From contig JARYMK010000002.1 of NCBI GenBank assembly GCA_029907165.1, positions 1 through 54,754 on the forward strand: a DNA stretch of 54,754 nucleotides, given 5' to 3'. Of this stretch, positions 44,398-53,934 are shown in pieces. This DNA is from Anaerolineae bacterium. GTDB lineage: Bacteria > Chloroflexota > Anaerolineae > DTLA01. The notes under the pieces were generated by a model, which saw only the letters and a program-made list of their open reading frames with translations, was not told the DNA's origin and ran no database searches. A program made the translations under genes and the position numbers. Positions within the stretch are counted from its first letter, which is position 1, and each line of letters starts with the position of its first letter.

Positions 44398-44480
44398 CCC
44401 ACTCCTTGCTCGTGCCATTTCCTCGTAACGACGGTTTCGTAGGGCGGCTTTCCATAGCCGCCGTGGGCCTCCCCCTTGTT

Positions 44481-44552
44481 GTCATTGCGAGCGAAGCTAA
44501 GCAATCTCCCATCGCGCAGATTGCTTCGGGCGCTGCGCGCCCTCGCAATGAC
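44481..44552. repeat. Family-1 palindromic repeat, copy E
   Basis: GTCATTGCGAGCGAAGCTAAGCAATCTCC...GATTGCTTCGGGCGCTGCGCGCCCTCGCAATGAC. Confidence 0.8.
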
Positions 44553-44626
44553 AGATCTGCTGGCCGGTGCGACCCACTTCCGACGTGCGTCGTACCAGGC
44601 GCCTTGCTCCTCGCACGGCGGCCTGC

Positions 44627-46225
44627 TTACTCCCACTCTATCGTTGCCGGCGGCTTGCTGGAGATGTCGTACACCACACGGTTCACGCCGGGCACCTCGT
44701 TGACGATGCGGTTGGAAATCCGCGCCAGGACCGCGTAGGGCAGGCGCGCCCAGTCGGCCGTCATGCCGTCCAGGCTGGTAACCGCGCGCACGGCCACGGT
44801 GTTGAGGTACGTCCGCCCGTCGCCCATGACGCCCACGGACCGGACCGGCGTAAGCACGGCGAAGTACTGCCACACCTCGCGGCCCAGACCCGCCGCCTCA
44901 ATCTCCTCCCTCACGATGGCGTCGGCCCTGCGCAGGGTCGCCAGCCGCTCGGCCGTTACCTCGCCGATGATGCGCACGGCCAGCCCCGGCCCTGGGAACG
45001 GCTGCTTGTGCACGATGTCCGGCGGAAGCCCCAGCGCCAGCCCTACCTCGCGCACCTCGTCCTTGAACAGGTACTTGAGCGGCTCCACCAACTGAAAACG
45101 CAGATCGGCCGGAAGCCCGCCCACGTTGTGGTGCGTCTTGATGCGGGCGGCGGCTTTGGTCTCCCGCGTCGTGCTCTCAATGACGTCGGGGTACAGCGTG
45201 CCCTGGAGCAGGAATCGCGCCTCTCCGAGTTTTGCCGCCTCGTCCTCAAATACGCGGATGAACGTCTCACCGATGATGCGGCGCTTGGCCTCGGGGTCCG
45301 CGACGCCGGCCAGCGCGTCCAGGAAGCGCGCCGATGCGTCTACGGCGATGACGTTCAGCCCCGCCCGCTCGCGCAGCATCCGCAGCGTTGCCTCGGCCTC
45401 GCCCTCGCGCAGCAGGCCGTGATCCACGAAGACACACGTCAGGCGGTCGCCGATGGCCCGCTGGACGAGCGTGGCGGCCACCGTGGAGTCCACGCCGCCC
45501 GACAGCGCTCCGATGACCCGCTCATCCCCCACCTGCCGCCGGATGGACGCGATCGTGGATGCAATGAACGATTCGGGTGTCCAAGTGCCCAGGCACCCGC
45601 ACACGCCGTACAAGAAGTTGCGAATGATGTCCTTGCCCAGCGGCGTGTGAGCGACTTCCGGGTGGAACTGGACACCGTAGATGCGACGCTCCGGGTGACC
45701 CATGGCTGCGATAGGCGAGTTGTCGGTGGACGCCAGGGTCTGGAACCCAGGCGGGAGTTCGGCGATGGCGTCGCCGTGGCTCATCCAGACCTGGAACGAG
45801 AACGGCAGCCCTTCCCACAGGGGCGACTCCAGGTCGTTGACGTACAGTTCGGCGGGGCCGTACTCGCGGCGGGACGACGGGGCTACCCTGCCGCCCAGGG
45901 CGTGAGCCAGCAGTTGCATCCCGTAGCAGATGCCCAACACCGGCAGGCCGCTTCGCAGGACGTAGGGCGGCAGCGGGGGCGCGCCCTCGTCATACACACT
46001 AGCCGGCCCGCCCGACAGGATGAACCCCACCGGCGACAGCGCCATGATCTCGTCCTCGGGCGCGTCGTAGGGCACGAGGACCGAGTACACGTGCTGTTCG
46101 CGCACGCGCCGCACGATGAGTTGCGCGTACTGCGACCCGAAGTCCAGCACGACGATGGTCTCGCCGCTTCCCCTCTCGCCGCGGTGAAGAGGAGCCGGGG
46201 GTGAGGTCTGCGCGCCGCCGCTCAC
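44627..46225 (-). CDS. guaA: GMP synthase (glutamine-hydrolysing)
   Basis: [34 protein letters not shown]-terminal [11 protein letters not shown] start overlaps the xpt stop (GTGA). Confidence 0.93.
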   Translation of the reverse strand: MSGGAQTSPPAPLHRGERGSGETIVVLDFGSQYAQLIVRRVREQHVYSVLVPYDAPEDEIMALSPVGFILSGGPASVYDEGAPPLPPYVLRSGLPVLGICYGMQLLAHALGGRVAPSSRREYGPAELYVNDLESPLWEGLPFSFQVWMSHGDAIAELPPGFQTLASTDNSPIAAMGHPERRIYGVQFHPEVAHTPLGKDIIRNFLYGVCGCLGTWTPESFIASTIASIRRQVGDERVIGALSGGVDSTVAATLVQRAIGDRLTCVFVDHGLLREGEAEATLRMLRERAGLNVIAVDASARFLDALAGVADPEAKRRIIGETFIRVFEDEAAKLGEARFLLQGTLYPDVIESTTRETKAAARIKTHHNVGGLPADLRFQLVEPLKYLFKDEVREVGLALGLPPDIVHKQPFPGPGLAVRIIGEVTAERLATLRRADAIVREEIEAAGLGREVWQYFAVLTPVRSVGVMGDGRTYLNTVAVRAVTSLDGMTADWARLPYAVLARISNRIVNEVPGVNRVVYDISSKPPATIEWE

Positions 46226-46806
46226 GATCCTACTCCATTGGCGAATGTAATTCTGCCGTCTTCCATGCTGGTGATGGTAACGAGAGCGTAGATGGGCACG
46301 CCGTAGTGTTCCAACACAGCGCGCCCGCCCTCAAAGGTCTTCTCAATCACCGCGCCGATGCCCACCAGTTCCGCGCCCGCGTCGCGCACGATCTGCACCA
46401 GGGCGTCAATGGTCTTGCCGGTGGCGAGGAAGTCGTCCACGATGAGGACGCGGTCGCCCGGCCCCAGGAATTCGGGCGAGACCATCAGGGCGACCTCGTG
46501 CCCTTTGGTGTGCGAGGGCGCGGTGCGGGTGTAGATGCGTTCGGGCATGGTGATAGGCTTGGTCTTGCGGGCGTACACGATGGGCACGCCGAGGGCCAGT
46601 GCAGTCATCAGGGCGGGGGCGATGCCCGAAATCTCGGCGGTGAGGACTTTGGTAACGCCGAGGTTGGCGAAGCGGCGGGCCAGTTCCTGTCCGACCTCGT
46701 GCATGAGGGCGGCGTCCACCTGGTGGTTGACGAAACTGTCCACTTTGAGGATGCCGCGGCCCATGTTGCGGCCTTCTGCAAGGATGCGCGCTTTGAGGGA
46801 TTCCAT
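46222..46806 (-). CDS. xpt: Xanthine phosphoribosyltransferase
   Basis: LKARILAEG..., [35 protein letters not shown] before the ATG at 46806. Confidence 0.88.
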   Translation of the reverse strand: MESLKARILAEGRNMGRGILKVDSFVNHQVDAALMHEVGQELARRFANLGVTKVLTAEISGIAPALMTALALGVPIVYARKTKPITMPERIYTRTAPSHTKGHEVALMVSPEFLGPGDRVLIVDDFLATGKTIDALVQIVRDAGAELVGIGAVIEKTFEGGRAVLEHYGVPIYALVTITSMEDGRITFANGVGS

Positions 46807-46834
46807 AATGAGCACCTCCCTGGGGGTTTAGCCC

Positions 46835-46863
46835 ATTGTAGCAGAATCGGGCGTTGGGCGCAA
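46835..46863 (-). promoter_or_regulatory. sigma70-like promoter of xpt-guaA (short leader, no purine riboswitch)
   Basis: Minus strand TTGCGC-17 nt-TACAAT. Confidence 0.5.
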
Positions 46864-46890
46864 GAGTTTTCCGCGCGGCAGATTTTTAAA

Positions 46891-47024
46891 GATTCACCGC
46901 GGAGACGCAGAGTGCGCAGAGAAACGACCGGAGATCTGGACCGCGAAGGGCGCGAACTCTTTCGCGCCTTTCGCGTTCTTTCGTGCCTTTCGTGTTCCAA
47001 ACCCGTGTTCTCTGCGGTGAATCA
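46891..47024. repeat. Family-2 palindromic repeat, full copy with family-2b core
   Basis: GATTCACCGCGGAGACGCAGAGTGCGCAGAGAAAC...GGACCGCGAAGGGCGCGAA/TTCGCGCCTTTCGCGTTCTTTCGTGCCTTTCGTG...GTTCTCTGCGGTGAATC. Confidence 0.75.
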
Positions 47025-47026
47025 CC

Positions 47027-47055
47027 TTGCGCAAATCCCGCAGAAATGCTACACT
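47027..47055 (+). promoter_or_regulatory. sigma70-like promoter of dnaX-ybaB-recR
   Basis: TTGCGC-17 nt-TACACT. Confidence 0.5.
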
Positions 47056-47073
47056 ACGCGCGGGAGGAAGACC

Positions 47074-48837
47074 GTGGCGCAAGCATTGTACCGCAAGTGG
47101 CGATCCCAGACGTTTGACGAAGTGGTGGGCCAGGAGCACGTGGTGCGCACGCTCACCAGCGCGCTAGCCCAGGGGCGCATCGCCCATGCCTATCTGTTCG
47201 CTGGCCCTCGCGGCACGGGCAAGACCACCATGGCCCGCCTTCTGGCCAAGGCCGTGAACTGCCTTGCCGAGGATGGCCCCAAGCCCTGCAACCAGTGCGC
47301 CGTCTGCCAGGCTTTGAACGAAGGGCGGCTGCTGGACCTCATTGAGATTGACGGCGCGTCCAACCGCGGCATTGACGAGGTGCGCACCCTGCGCGAGCAG
47401 GTGAACTTCTCGCCCAACGTGGCCCGCTACAAGGTGTACATCATTGACGAAGTCCACATGCTCACGCCCGAGGCGTTCAACGCGCTGCTGAAGACACTGG
47501 AGGAGCCGCCCGCCCACGTCATCTTCGTCCTGGCGACCACCGAGGTGCACAAGTTACCGCCCACCATCATCTCTCGCTGCCAGCGATTTGACTTCCGCCG
47601 CATCCCGCTGGACCTGATTGTCGGGCGGCTGCGGTTCATCGCCGACGCCGAGGGCATCAAGGCGGATCAGGACGCGCTGGAACTCATCGCACGGAGCGCG
47701 ACGGGCAGCATGCGCGACGCGATTTCGCTCTTGGATCAACTGTCGTCCTATGGGAGCGACTCCATCACCCGCGAACTGGTGCAGGCCATGCTCGGCGCGG
47801 TGTCCGTGGAGCCGCTGGCCGACCTGCTGGACGATGTGGTGCAGGGCGACCTGAAGGGGGCGCTGGGGCTTGTGGCCCAGTTGGTGGATCAGGGGCTGGA
47901 CCCGCGCCAGTTGACCGCCGAACTGCTGGACTATGTGCGCGACCTGCTGCAGGTGAAGGCGGGCAATCCCCCGTCGCTCACGGCAGCGGGCGCCCAGACC
48001 GAGGCCCGCATGCGCGCCCAGGCCGAGGCGCTGCGGGTGGAGGATTTGCTCCGCCTGTCGCGTTTGCTCACGCAGGCCAGTTTGGAGATCAAGGGCAACA
48101 TCCTGCCGCAACTGCCGCTGGAATTGGCATTGACCGAGGCGATTGTCAAGCCCGAGGCCGCGCCCGCACCAGCGCAGTCGGTGCAACCTGCCCAGCAGCC
48201 GAAACCGGCACCGCGCCCCGCGCCAGCACCGGCAGCCACTCCCAGGCAAGAGCCAAAGCCGCAGCCTGCGCCCCAGGAGCCCCAGCCGGTGGCCGCCCAG
48301 CCCAGGCGTGAACAGCCCGCAGCAGCGTCAGCGCCGGCCGCCGCGCCCGCCAGCACCGCGCCGGCAGGCGAGGGCATCGTGGATTTGGACGCGGTTCACC
48401 ACCGCTGGGACGAGTTCGTGGAGAACCTGCGCACCCGCACCCCGCGCACCCTGGCCCTTTCGGTTCAGGCCCTGCTGCGGTCTGGGGCACCCTTGCGCGT
48501 GGAGGGGGACGTGGTCGTGGTGGGCTTCCCCTCCGAGTTCCACCGGCACAAGGCGAATGAGAATGCAGCGAAGGCGCTGGCCGAGAAGGCGCTGGCCGAG
48601 GCGCTAGGGGTTGCGCACTGTGCGATTCGGGGGGTCGTCGTCTCGCCGCAGGAGTTGAAGGCGGCGGAGGCAGCGCGCGCGGGCAAGAAATACGCGGCGC
48701 CGCCGAAGCCCACGCCCAACGCTGCCGTGTCGGAGGCAACAGACCCCGTCATCCAATACGCGACCAATGACCTGGGCGCGGTGGCGAAACCCATCGCGCC
48801 GGAAAAGCCATCATCTGTTGAGGAGGAAACGCCGTGA
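47074..48837 (+). CDS. dnaX: DNA polymerase III subunit gamma/tau
   Basis: ALYRKWRSQTFDEVVGQEHV, GPRGTGKTT, Zn-module CNQCAVC, IIDEVHML, SRCQRF. GTG start at 47074 has GGGAGGAAG upstream; the upstream part of the 878-aa ORF is spurious. Confidence 0.9.
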   Translation: MAQALYRKWRSQTFDEVVGQEHVVRTLTSALAQGRIAHAYLFAGPRGTGKTTMARLLAKAVNCLAEDGPKPCNQCAVCQALNEGRLLDLIEIDGASNRGIDEVRTLREQVNFSPNVARYKVYIIDEVHMLTPEAFNALLKTLEEPPAHVIFVLATTEVHKLPPTIISRCQRFDFRRIPLDLIVGRLRFIADAEGIKADQDALELIARSATGSMRDAISLLDQLSSYGSDSITRELVQAMLGAVSVEPLADLLDDVVQGDLKGALGLVAQLVDQGLDPRQLTAELLDYVRDLLQVKAGNPPSLTAAGAQTEARMRAQAEALRVEDLLRLSRLLTQASLEIKGNILPQLPLELALTEAIVKPEAAPAPAQSVQPAQQPKPAPRPAPAPAATPRQEPKPQPAPQEPQPVAAQPRREQPAAASAPAAAPASTAPAGEGIVDLDAVHHRWDEFVENLRTRTPRTLALSVQALLRSGAPLRVEGDVVVVGFPSEFHRHKANENAAKALAEKALAEALGVAHCAIRGVVVSPQELKAAEAARAGKKYAAPPKPTPNAAVSEATDPVIQYATNDLGAVAKPIAPEKPSSVEEETP

Positions 48838-49187
48838 GCAAAGGAAAAGGCGGATGGAGAGCGCCTGCCGGGGGTGGAGGCGGCATGGGCGGCCTCATGC
48901 AGCAATTGCAGCGCATGCAGGAGGAGATGGCCCGGATTCAGGAGGCGCTGAAGGATGAGACCGTTACGGCGACCGCCGGCGGCGGCGTCGTTACGGTCGT
49001 GATGAACGGCCATCAGGAACTGGTCTCCCTGACCATCAAGCCGGAAGCGGTGGACCCGGACGACGTGGAGATGCTCCAGGACCTGCTGATTGCGGCGTTC
49101 AACAGCGCGCTGGGGCAATCCCGTGAACTGGCAGCCCAGCGGCTGGGTGCGGTTACCGGCGGTCTGTCCATCCCCGGACTCACGTAG
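48834..49187 (+). CDS. ybaB: YbaB/EbfC nucleoid-associated protein
   Basis: GGLMQQLQRMQEEMARIQEAL...TATAGGGVVTVVMNG; conserved dnaX-ybaB-recR order. Confidence 0.88.
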   Translation: MSKGKGGWRAPAGGGGGMGGLMQQLQRMQEEMARIQEALKDETVTATAGGGVVTVVMNGHQELVSLTIKPEAVDPDDVEMLQDLLIAAFNSALGQSRELAAQRLGAVTGGLSIPGLT

Positions 49188-49235
49188 CGCAGAATCGCGT
49201 CCCCGCGCGAGAGGACGGCAGGTGTGGAGGTGAGC

Positions 49236-49841
49236 ATGGGTTCGCGAGTCCTGCCCGAACCCGTAGAGCGGCTAATAGAGGAGTTTAGCCGTCTTCCCGG
49301 CATCGGGCCGAAGACGGCGTCGCGCCTCGCGTTCTTCTTGCTGCGCGCGCCCAAGGATCAGGCCGCGCAACTGGCCGAGGCGTTGCAGCAACTCCGCGAG
49401 CGCATTACGTTCTGCGAAATCTGCTACAATATCAGCGAGACCTCGCCGTGCCCCGTGTGCGCCGACGACACGCGCGACCACGGCCTCATCTGCGTGGTGG
49501 AGGAACCGCTGGACGTGGTGGCGGTGGAGCGGACTCGGGAGTTCCACGGCGTGTACCACGTGCTCCACGGCGTGATTTCGCCGGTGGACGGCGTGGGGCC
49601 GGAGGATCTGAAGATAGAGCCGCTCCTTGAGCGCATCCGTCAGGGGGGCGTGCGCGAGGTCATCGTTGCCACGAACCCGAACATGGAGGGCGAGGCGACG
49701 GCCATGTACCTGGCGCGGCTGCTGGCCCCGCTGGGGGTACGCGCCACACGGCTCGCGCGTGGCCTGCCCATGGGGAGCGATCTGGAGTACGCCGACGAGA
49801 TCACGCTCCTGCGGGCGCTGGAGGGCCGCCGGGAGATTTGA
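49236..49841 (+). CDS. recR: Recombination protein RecR
   Basis: LIEEFSRLPGIGPKTASRLAF, Zn finger CEICYNISETSPCPVC, Toprim VVEEPLD. GGAGGTG before the ATG at 49236 (the ORF track lists GTG at 49224). Confidence 0.9.
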   Translation: MGSRVLPEPVERLIEEFSRLPGIGPKTASRLAFFLLRAPKDQAAQLAEALQQLRERITFCEICYNISETSPCPVCADDTRDHGLICVVEEPLDVVAVERTREFHGVYHVLHGVISPVDGVGPEDLKIEPLLERIRQGGVREVIVATNPNMEGEATAMYLARLLAPLGVRATRLARGLPMGSDLEYADEITLLRALEGRREI

Positions 49842-49862
49842 CCGCCTGCGGGTACCCGCAAA

Positions 49863-49893
49863 GCCCCGACTGCGCGTCGGGGCTTCTTGTTGT
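49863..49893 (+). terminator. Intrinsic terminator after recR
   Basis: GCCCCGAC-tgcgc-GTCGGGGC followed by TTCTTGTTGT. Confidence 0.8.
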
Positions 49894-49928
49894 GGGTCCA
49901 GGCCCGTCGCGCGGAGGGACTGGCGCGG

Positions 49929-49957
49929 TTGGCGCAAGGCGTCGCAGGTGGTATAAT
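49929..49957 (+). promoter_or_regulatory. sigma70-like promoter
   Basis: TTGGCG-17 nt-TATAAT. Confidence 0.5.
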
Positions 49958-50020
49958 TGGAGATTGCGCCACACAACGCGGATGCGCTTCCGCACAACCC
50001 TACCGGAGGATAGACACGAG

Positions 50021-51175
50021 ATGAAGCGTTGTCTGCACTTGAGCGTTCTGGCCCTGCTCATTGCGGTCATGGTCTGGCCGCTGGCGGGCTGCGGTGGCCC
50101 GGCCCCCACGCCGACGCCGACCAAGACCCCGCGCCCGGCCGCCACGCCCACGCCCGAACCGCCCACCCCGACGCCCCCACCACCCATCCAGGCGGCAACG
50201 CCCACTCCCGAACCGACGCCGGCGCTCCCCACGCCGCTGCCCACGGTCGCGGGCAACGTCTGGCCGCTCACCGGCCTACCCGTCGCCGACCCGATGCTCC
50301 TGCAGCGTCCGCCCATCGCCGTCAAGATTTCCAATTCGCCCCAGGTGCGGCCCCAGTCCGGACTTCAGGCGGCGGACATCGTGTTTGAACATCTGGCCGA
50401 GGGCGGCGTAACCCGCTACACCGCCATCTATCACAGCCAGGAGGTGGAACGCATCGGCTCGGTGCGAAGCGCCCGCCTGATTGACCTGGAAATCCCGGCT
50501 ATGTTCCAGTGCGCGCTCATCTATTCGGGGGCCAGCCCTGAGGTTACGCGACTCATCACCGAGTCGGACTTCGCAGACCGGGCCTTCTCCGACTGGTTTG
50601 GCGCTCCGCTCTTCTACCGGGTGAAAATCCCCGGCCTGGCCTACGAGCACACCTTGTTCACCGACACCAAGATCATCTGGGACTACCTGAAGAACAAGGG
50701 CTTGTTCGGCAAGCGCGACGTCCGCGGGATGCGGTTTGACGCCACCGTACCTGCTGGCGGCAAGCCAGTTGTGTCGGTCTTCATCCCGTACAGCAAGTAC
50801 TACTCCGACGTAACCTGGACCTACGATCCTCAACGGGTGCAGTACCTGCATTCCATTCTCGGCGAGCCGCACAAGGACCGCCTGATCGACCAGCAAATCG
50901 GGGCGAACAACGTGGTCATCCTGTACGTCAACCACGTGGAGACGCTTATTGTGGAGGACGAACTTGGCTCCCGCTCGGTCCAGATTCAGTTGTGGGGTGA
51001 GGGGCGCGGCACCGTGCTCCGCGACGGCAAGGCGTGGGATGTAACGTGGAGGCGGCCCAATCGGCCCGACCCGCTGACCCTCATCGGCCCCGACGGGCAA
51101 CTATTCCCGCTGAAGCCCGGCAACACGTGGTACAACACCGTGCCGCTGGATATGAAGGTTACGATGCAACCGTAG
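50021..51175 (+). CDS. DUF3048 (YerB-like) lipoprotein with Pro/Thr-rich linker
   Basis: Lipobox PLAGCGG, PT-rich tether, then WPLTGLPV...PIAVKISNSPQVRPQSGL..ADIVFEHLAEGGVTRY. Confidence 0.75.
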   Translation: MKRCLHLSVLALLIAVMVWPLAGCGGPAPTPTPTKTPRPAATPTPEPPTPTPPPPIQAATPTPEPTPALPTPLPTVAGNVWPLTGLPVADPMLLQRPPIAVKISNSPQVRPQSGLQAADIVFEHLAEGGVTRYTAIYHSQEVERIGSVRSARLIDLEIPAMFQCALIYSGASPEVTRLITESDFADRAFSDWFGAPLFYRVKIPGLAYEHTLFTDTKIIWDYLKNKGLFGKRDVRGMRFDATVPAGGKPVVSVFIPYSKYYSDVTWTYDPQRVQYLHSILGEPHKDRLIDQQIGANNVVILYVNHVETLIVEDELGSRSVQIQLWGEGRGTVLRDGKAWDVTWRRPNRPDPLTLIGPDGQLFPLKPGNTWYNTVPLDMKVTMQP

Positions 51176-51217
51176 GGGCACCGCACGCCGTGCCCCTACG
51201 GCATGCCATGCCCCTAC
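51172..51217. terminator. Family-3 three-arm hairpin between convergent genes; includes both stop codons
   Basis: GTAGGGGCAC-cgcacgcc-GTGCCCCTAC plus a third arm ATGCCCCTAC. Confidence 0.55.
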
Positions 51218-52392
51218 GATCGGTCTGCCAGCACTGCCACGCCGGGCAGCGTCCTGCCCTCCAGGAACTCCAGCGACGCGCCGCCGCCGGTGGACACGTG
51301 CGACATCTTGCCCGCGACGCCCGCCTGCTCCACCGCCGCCGCGGAGTCGCCGCCGCCGATGATGGTAATAGCCTTCGGTAGTTTCGCCAGCACGTGGGCG
51401 ATGGCGAACGTCCCCTCGGCGAATCGCGGGAACTCAAACACGCCCATAGGCCCGTTCCACACCACCGTCTTGGCCCCGCGCAGCGCCTCGGAGAATGCCT
51501 TTACGGTCTGCGGCCCGATGTCCAGGATGCGCCACCCGGCGGGGACCTGCCCCACGGGCACCACCTTGGCCTGCGCATCGGCAGCGAAGGCGTCGGCCAC
51601 CACAACGTCCGTCGGCAGGAGAATCTTGCCCTCGCCCTGCGCCAGCAACTCCTTGGCGACGGCGACGCTGTCCTCCTCCACCAGCGAGGCCGCCACGTCG
51701 TAGCCCTGCGCCTTCAGGAACGTGTTGGCCATGCCGCCGCCGATGAGGAGCCGATCCACCTTGCCCAGCAGGTTCTGGATCACGCCGATCTTGTCGGAAA
51801 TCTTCGCGCCGCCCAAGATGGCCACAAAGGGCCGCTTGGGGGTTTCCAGCGCGCGGCCCAGGTAGTCAATCTCCTTCTCCATCAGGAACCCGGCCACAGC
51901 GGGCAGGTACGCGGCTATGCCCGCGGTGGATGCATGGGCGCGGTGGGCCGTGCCGAAGGCGTCGTTCACGTAGAGGTCGGCCAGCGCCGCCAGTTTTCGG
52001 CTGAATTCGGGGTCGTTGGCCTCCTCCTCGGCATGGAACCGCAGGTTCTCCAGCATGAGCACTCCGCCGGGTTTGAGGGCTGCCACTGCCGCCTCGGCCT
52101 CCGGCCCCACGCAGTCGCCGGCGAATGCCACATCCATGCCCAGCAACTCGCCGAGCCGCTTGGCCACCGGTCGCAGGCTGAACTCGGGCGCGACCTTGCC
52201 CTTGGGCCTGCCCAGGTGCGAGGCCAGAATGACCCGCGCCTTCTCGTCCAGCAGGTAGCGGATGGTGGGCAGGGCCGCCACGATGCGCGTGTCATCGCGC
52301 ACCTCGCCGCCCTCCAGCGGCACGTTGAAATCCACCCGCACGAAAACGCGCTTGCCCGCTACGGGTACATCACGGATTGTCTTCTTGTTCAT
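51214..52392 (-). CDS. pgk: Phosphoglycerate kinase
   Basis: [42 protein letters not shown]; AAGGAG RBS before the ATG at 52392. Confidence 0.93.
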   Translation of the reverse strand: MNKKTIRDVPVAGKRVFVRVDFNVPLEGGEVRDDTRIVAALPTIRYLLDEKARVILASHLGRPKGKVAPEFSLRPVAKRLGELLGMDVAFAGDCVGPEAEAAVAALKPGGVLMLENLRFHAEEEANDPEFSRKLAALADLYVNDAFGTAHRAHASTAGIAAYLPAVAGFLMEKEIDYLGRALETPKRPFVAILGGAKISDKIGVIQNLLGKVDRLLIGGGMANTFLKAQGYDVAASLVEEDSVAVAKELLAQGEGKILLPTDVVVADAFAADAQAKVVPVGQVPAGWRILDIGPQTVKAFSEALRGAKTVVWNGPMGVFEFPRFAEGTFAIAHVLAKLPKAITIIGGGDSAAAVEQAGVAGKMSHVSTGGGASLEFLEGRTLPGVAVLADRS

Positions 52393-52506
52393 TGCCCCCA
52401 CTCCTTGCAGAAGTCGGCGGCGCTTCTCCGACCTGCCGCTTGGGCTCGTCGGAAAAGCCCCGCCCTGTGCACTCTGGCGCCGAGATTGTGCCAGAATTCA
52501 CGAGCG

Positions 52507-52534
52507 ATTATACACTCACTTGCCCTTCTCGCAA
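52507..52534 (-). promoter_or_regulatory. sigma70-like promoter of pgk, overlapping the yvcK 3' end
   Basis: Minus strand TTGCGA-16 nt-TATAAT. Confidence 0.45.
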
Positions 52535-53817
52535 AACTCAATGAGCCAGCGCGCCAGTTTGGCCGAGTCGTGCCGCCAGGGGTGCTCCCGATCCACCAGG
52601 TCGCTCGTGTACACGCGGTACGGGGCGTCGGACGGGTACTCGGGCCTCACCCACTCCACGCCGGGGACGTTGGGCAAATCCGGGGATAGGTTGTCGTTGG
52701 CCAGCACGTTGGGGAAGACGTCGGCACCCACGTGGCGCTGGAGCGCCTCCACATGGTCGGCCAGGGTGTACCCCTCGGTCTCCCCGCGCTGCGTCGCCAC
52801 GTTGCACACGTAGATTTTCTTGGCCCGCGACGCCCGCACGGCCCTGGCGATGTCGGGCACCAGCAGGTTGGGCAGGACGCTGGTGTACAAGCTGCCCGGC
52901 CCTGCCACGATGAGGTCGGCTTCCAGGATGGCCCGCAGCGCCCCGGGGTACGCGGGTACGTCGCTCGGCTGGAGAAACACGCGCTCAATGGGCCGGCCGC
53001 TCTCGGGTATCTGCGACTCGCCCTCCACCCAGGCGGGTTCGCCCTCGGAGATCTCCTCGCCCTCGCCCTTCAGTTCGGCCACGAGGGTTACGTTCTCCAG
53101 CGTGGAGGGGAGAATCTGCCCGCGCACGGCCAGGACCTTGCTGGACTCCAGCAGGGCGCGCTCAAAGTTGCCGGTAACGCCCGCCATGGCGACAATGAAC
53201 AGGTTGCCGAAACTGTGGCCGTTCAGCCCCTCGCCCTCGTTGAACCGGTACTGGAACAGTTGCGTGGTGAGCGACTCGGCGTCGGCCAGGGCCGTCAGGC
53301 AGTTGCGGAAGTCGCCCGGCGGCAGCACGCCCAACTGCCGGCGAAGCCTGCCCGAACTGCCGCCGTCGTCGGCCACGGTAACGATGGCGGTGATGTTCTG
53401 GGTGTACTCCTTCAGCCCACGCAGCAGGGTGGACAGCCCCGTGCCGCCCCCAATGGCCACGATTCGGGGTCCCCGGTCGCGCTGCCAGTGCTTGTACACC
53501 GCCTCGGCCACGTCCTGCTGCCCCGGCCTCAGGAACGCCGCCAGCAGCGAGCGGTTGAGTTGGTAGATGGCAATGGCGATGGCCGCCAGCCCCAGCACGC
53601 CGAACAGAAGCCCGCGCCACTGCCGCCCGATGAACTGGAGCGTGAGGTAATAGAACACGGGCGGGAAGGTCCACCGCACGTAGATTTCCCGAAGGATGTA
53701 CGCCACACCCAGGCCCACGATGGTCGTGCCCAGCAGGAGCAACAGGAGCCATCGCTTGACGTGCATGCCGGGCGCTAGCCACCGCAGGGCCGAGCGGATT
53801 TGACTTCGCGGTTTCAC
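52516..53817 (-). CDS. yvcK: YvcK/CofD-like gluconeogenesis factor (UPF0052) with N-terminal membrane anchor
   Basis: IVAIGGGTGLSTLLRGLK, VTVADDGGSSGRLR, PGDFRNCL motifs; two N-terminal TM helices; GTG start with AGGAG. Confidence 0.85.
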   Translation of the reverse strand: MKPRSQIRSALRWLAPGMHVKRWLLLLLLGTTIVGLGVAYILREIYVRWTFPPVFYYLTLQFIGRQWRGLLFGVLGLAAIAIAIYQLNRSLLAAFLRPGQQDVAEAVYKHWQRDRGPRIVAIGGGTGLSTLLRGLKEYTQNITAIVTVADDGGSSGRLRRQLGVLPPGDFRNCLTALADAESLTTQLFQYRFNEGEGLNGHSFGNLFIVAMAGVTGNFERALLESSKVLAVRGQILPSTLENVTLVAELKGEGEEISEGEPAWVEGESQIPESGRPIERVFLQPSDVPAYPGALRAILEADLIVAGPGSLYTSVLPNLLVPDIARAVRASRAKKIYVCNVATQRGETEGYTLADHVEALQRHVGADVFPNVLANDNLSPDLPNVPGVEWVRPEYPSDAPYRVYTSDLVDREHPWRHDSAKLARWLIEFCEKGK

Positions 53818-53855
53818 GGGCTGCTCCTAGAGATGAAAGTCTCCCACTCGCCCGA

Positions 53856-53883
53856 ATTATAAGGCCGCCCGTGCCCTTGTCAA
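53856..53883 (-). promoter_or_regulatory. Consensus sigma70 promoter of yvcK
   Basis: Minus strand TTGACA-16 nt-TATAAT. Confidence 0.6.
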
Positions 53884-53900
53884 AGCGGGCGGGGAGGGCG

Positions 53901-53928
53901 TTGACGATTGTGATTTGCGTGCTATAAT
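53901..53928 (+). promoter_or_regulatory. Near-consensus sigma70 promoter pointing into the low-GC island
   Basis: TTGACG-16 nt-TATAAT, divergent from the yvcK promoter and 17 nt away from it. Confidence 0.55.
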
Positions 53929-53934
53929 TGTGGG

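Noticed and set aside
43035-44552. Repeated roughly 30-nt units that could be mistaken for a CRISPR array
   Set aside because: The units are inverted rather than direct. They are irregularly spaced and separated by a full gene (sbcD). Copies are scattered over 40 kb. This behaviour is REP/MITE-like, not CRISPR.
48140-48370. Low-complexity CCG/GCC-rich stretch in dnaX and a possible dnaX frameshift site
   Set aside because: It encodes the Pro/Ala/Gln-rich tau linker in frame. No A-run or X XXY YYZ heptamer is present in dnaX.
50100-50260. Apparent tandem ACGCC/CCGAC DNA repeats
   Set aside because: It is a coding Pro/Thr-rich tether of the DUF3048 lipoprotein (PTPTPTKTPRPAATPTPEPPTPTPPPP), not a non-coding repeat.
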